A stretch of 63,590 nucleotides of DNA, counting the filler, from an uncultured Rhodopirellula sp. (lineage in GTDB: Bacteria > Planctomycetota > Planctomycetia > Pirellulales > Pirellulaceae), in the NCBI GenBank assembly GCA_964007735.1. It is 3 parts of 3 records of this genome, joined end to end, with 100 filler letters (N's around TTAATTAATTAA, not from the genome) between each part and the next. Parts side by side here need not be neighbours in the genome. Positions count along the whole stretch, not along the records: positions 52,364 to 63,590 come from CAXGAI010000085.1; 2 more parts are not named here. One strand, given 5' to 3'. The notes below the pieces were generated by a model. That model saw only the letters and a program-made list of their open reading frames with translations. It was not told where the DNA came from and did not search any database. Positions 61,111 to 63,590 of the stretch are shown here, one piece after another (position 1 is the stretch's first letter; each line of letters opens with the position of its first letter). Position numbers and translations under genes: made by a program.

Positions 61111-62007
61111 TTAATGGCGAAGACTCATCCTGCTTGATAGGTACTTGGCAAGGACTGCATCCAGTGGGTCACTAGTGCGAATCAATGCATAGTCAACGAC
61201 GTTTTGAGCACATTGGCGTCTAACCGAATCTAGAAATTCGTTCAGAGCTTCCATGTATCCTTCCCGAAGTGAGCGTGGATTGCAGTTTAGGAAGTCACTC
61301 GACTCCAGCCCGTCAAACCTCATGGGGCCGTTAAATTCAAATTCCAGTTCGTCATCATCCATGACGTGAAATACTAAGACATCATGACCACGCTGGCGAA
61401 GTAGCTTAAGACCTTTCATGATTCCATCGACGTCTCCGAGTAAATCAGAAACAAGGATAATCATGCCTCGGCGAGGAACCGTTTCGGTAATGGTTCTTAG
61501 GACATCATAAACATCGGTTTTGTCCCGCGGCGTTTCGACATTGAGACTCTCGATGATTGAATGGATATGATTTCTTTTACTCCGAATCGGTATTTTCATC
61601 CGAACCTTTTCATCGAAGGTGATACAGCCAACCGCATCCTGCTGCTGTAGTACTAAGTAAGAAAGGCTCGCTGCAATGGTGGCAGCATACTCATATTTAT
61701 TAAGTGCTCCGTTACCATATTGCATGCTGTTGGAAATGTCGACAACCATCGTGCAACGCAAGTTTGTGTCTTCCTCAAACTGCTTTACATAGAGCCTGTC
61801 CTGACGTGCCCAGACTTTCCAGTCCACATGGCGCAGATCATCCCCGGCCACATATTCGCGGTGCTGTAAAAATTCAACTGATTGGCCGAAATAAGGACTT
61901 CGATGCATTCCGGAGAGAAAGCCCTCGACAATGTGTCGTGCCCGAAGATCCAGCCTGGCAATCCGTTTGATTGCCTCAGGATGCAAAAATCTTTTGGAAT
62001 CGGGCAT
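61111..62007 (-). CDS. DUF58 family protein (vWA-like MoxR partner)
   Basis: [32 protein letters not shown]...[10 protein letters not shown]...VDISNSM. Confidence 0.96.
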   Translation of the reverse strand: MPDSKRFLHPEAIKRIARLDLRARHIVEGFLSGMHRSPYFGQSVEFLQHREYVAGDDLRHVDWKVWARQDRLYVKQFEEDTNLRCTMVVDISNSMQYGNGALNKYEYAATIAASLSYLVLQQQDAVGCITFDEKVRMKIPIRSKRNHIHSIIESLNVETPRDKTDVYDVLRTITETVPRRGMIILVSDLLGDVDGIMKGLKLLRQRGHDVLVFHVMDDDELEFEFNGPMRFDGLESSDFLNCNPRSLREGYMEALNEFLDSVRRQCAQNVVDYALIRTSDPLDAVLAKYLSSRMSLRH

Positions 62008-63043
62008 CGTTGGTCAGTTCATCTTCCTTGCTTGGAGTAGCTTCGATTAATTGCTGGATCACATCATCGGATGTGATACCATCACTCTCTGCGGCAAAAT
62101 TTACAACAATCCGGTGCCTTAAAACGGGTTGCGCCAAGGCTTGGATGTCTTCCGTTGAGACGTGTGTTCGCCCATGTAAGAGCGCTCTGGCTTTTCCGCC
62201 AAGAATCAGGAACTGGACGGCGCGAGGCCCAGCCCCCCAGGCAATATTTTCCGTCACAAAGTCCGGAATTCCGGGAGCTCCTATTCGTGTCTGCCGAACG
62301 AGGGACAACGCAAAACGAATAACGTGGTCACTGACAGGGACTTCACGCACCACTTGTTGAAGGGCAACGATTTCTTCGGCGGTCAAAACCGTTTCCACCT
62401 CATTGGTAGTTGCTGTAGTTGTTTGACGAGCCACTTCGAACTCTTCGTCGAAACTTGGGTAGTCGACAAAGATTTTGAACATGAATCGGTCTTGTTGAGC
62501 TTCCGGTAGAGGGTAGGTGCCTTCCTGTTCAATTGGGTTCTGCGTGGCAAGCACGAAAAACGGGTCGGAGAGTGGATGGCGTACCCGTCCCACGGTAACT
62601 TGCTTTTCCTGCATAGCCTCAAGTAAAGCAGCCTGTGTTTTGGGAGGAGTACGGTTGATTTCGTCAGCCAGAATCACGTTGGCAAAGACCGGCCCTTTGA
62701 CGAACCGTAGATTACGCTTACCCGTCCCGCGGTCTTCCTCGATCACTTCCGTTCCAGTGATATCCGAAGGCATCAGGTCAGGCGTAAACTGAATACGACT
62801 GAATCCCAGACTCAGCGTCTTGGCAATGGTGGAAATGAGCAACGTCTTGGCCAACCCCGGCACGCCCACAAGCACCGCATGACCTTTACAGAGTAATGCC
62901 ATGAGCAGTTGGTCAATGACTTCCTGCTGCCCGACAATGACCTTGCCGATCTCGGCTTGGAGTTTCGAGGAATAATCCCGAATCTCCTGAATCATCTGTG
63001 CAGCATCATCAGGCGGCGTAGGCTGTGTTGGCGTATCAGACAT
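61976..63043 (-). CDS. moxR: MoxR family AAA+ ATPase
   Basis: [45 protein letters not shown] and [21 protein letters not shown]. Confidence 0.97.
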   Translation of the reverse strand: MSDTPTQPTPPDDAAQMIQEIRDYSSKLQAEIGKVIVGQQEVIDQLLMALLCKGHAVLVGVPGLAKTLLISTIAKTLSLGFSRIQFTPDLMPSDITGTEVIEEDRGTGKRNLRFVKGPVFANVILADEINRTPPKTQAALLEAMQEKQVTVGRVRHPLSDPFFVLATQNPIEQEGTYPLPEAQQDRFMFKIFVDYPSFDEEFEVARQTTTATTNEVETVLTAEEIVALQQVVREVPVSDHVIRFALSLVRQTRIGAPGIPDFVTENIAWGAGPRAVQFLILGGKARALLHGRTHVSTEDIQALAQPVLRHRIVVNFAAESDGITSDDVIQQLIEATPSKEDELTNDARFQKIFAS

Positions 63044-63330
63044 GTAAGGCTCCCAAGCTCAAAGGATAAGGATCAAGCCGTGCACCAAGTATACCGGCAA
63101 AGGGCGATGATGATGCATTGAAAGTGGGCGATTAAGGTTTAAATTCAAGCAACACAGCATCCCTGCAAGGCAATATTCAGTTCACTTGGGCTTGTATCTC
63201 CCCATACACTTGAACAATCCCCCAAGTGAGTCACATCGAAGATTCTTATGTGTAAATGAGGATGGTCAAATCCAGATTGAAGGTTACAATATTCAATACA
63301 TGCCCACATGCATGACCTCCGACTTTTAAT

Positions 63331-63590
63331 TGATCCCCTCCCTGAAAATTGCACCAGTCTTGTCGAGAGAATCCCAAGCACCGAGAATGGTGCAGGAAAG
63401 GATTTTTCGATGAAGAAGCGTTATTCATCTGAGCAGATCGTTGCGATGCTTCGCGACGCGGACGTGTTACTAGGCAAGGGTATGAAAGTGCCCGAAGCGA
63501 GCAAACAACTGGGCATCAGTGAGCAGACGTACTACCGCTGGCGTCAGAAGTATGGCGGGATGGACCCGCAGATGGCCAAGGAGCTTCGCG
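63331..63590 (+). mobile_element. IS3-family insertion sequence, left end; runs off the window
   Basis: The end begins TGATCCCCTCCCTGAAAATTGCACCA (5'-TG terminus typical of IS3), followed about 80 nt later by orfA. Confidence 0.85.
63410..63590 (+). CDS. IS3-family transposase OrfA (HTH), partial
   Basis: Absent from the ORF track. Manual translation gives MKKRYSSEQIVAMLRDADVLLGKGMKVPEASKQLGISEQTYYRWRQKYGGMDPQMAKELR, with an AAAGGA RBS. Confidence 0.93.
   Translation, partial: MKKRYSSEQIVAMLRDADVLLGKGMKVPEASKQLGISEQTYYRWRQKYGGMDPQMAKELR

Noticed and set aside
63145..63428. Two minus-strand ORFs of 78 and 60 aa
   Set aside because: They span the IS end and intergenic DNA, with no motifs or convincing RBS.

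Overview
Planctomycete (Pirellulaceae-like) draft-genome DNA made of three contigs joined by artificial 100-nt linkers (N44-TTAATTAATTAA-N44 at 26220-26319 and 52264-52363), so gene adjacency across the linkers means nothing. Contig 1 (1-26219) carries pnp (partial, missed by the ORF track) and rpsO, a CxxCH-bearing prenyltransferase-fold protein, ggt, two Gfo/Idh/MocA oxidoreductases, an orphan ECF sigma factor, comEC, prolyl oligopeptidase, a sugar epimerase/isomerase, pyk, an SDR and xylA. It also has a 1488-aa extracellular protein with alternating lectin-like and Ig-like domains, a small gene resembling a marine phage family with a structured leader, a DUF1080 protein and ilvD (partial). 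Contig 2 (26320-52263) has a 14-kb co-oriented run (LRR lipoprotein, GATase-like membrane protein, ABC ATPase, double-domain permease, HEAT protein, DUF1549/1553 cytochrome, DUF1501, SDR). It also has a second DUF1549/1553-DUF1501 pair with an LTxxQ protein, a second orphan permease, two translationally coupled CNNM/CorB paralogues and a TPR protein. Contig 3 (52364-63590) is a MoxR-DUF58-BatA/vWA-vWA-coiled-coil operon that breaks at an 18-bp tandem repeat, followed by the left end of an IS3-family element. No rRNA, tRNA or CRISPR array was seen. All family calls come from motif recognition by eye; no database search was run.
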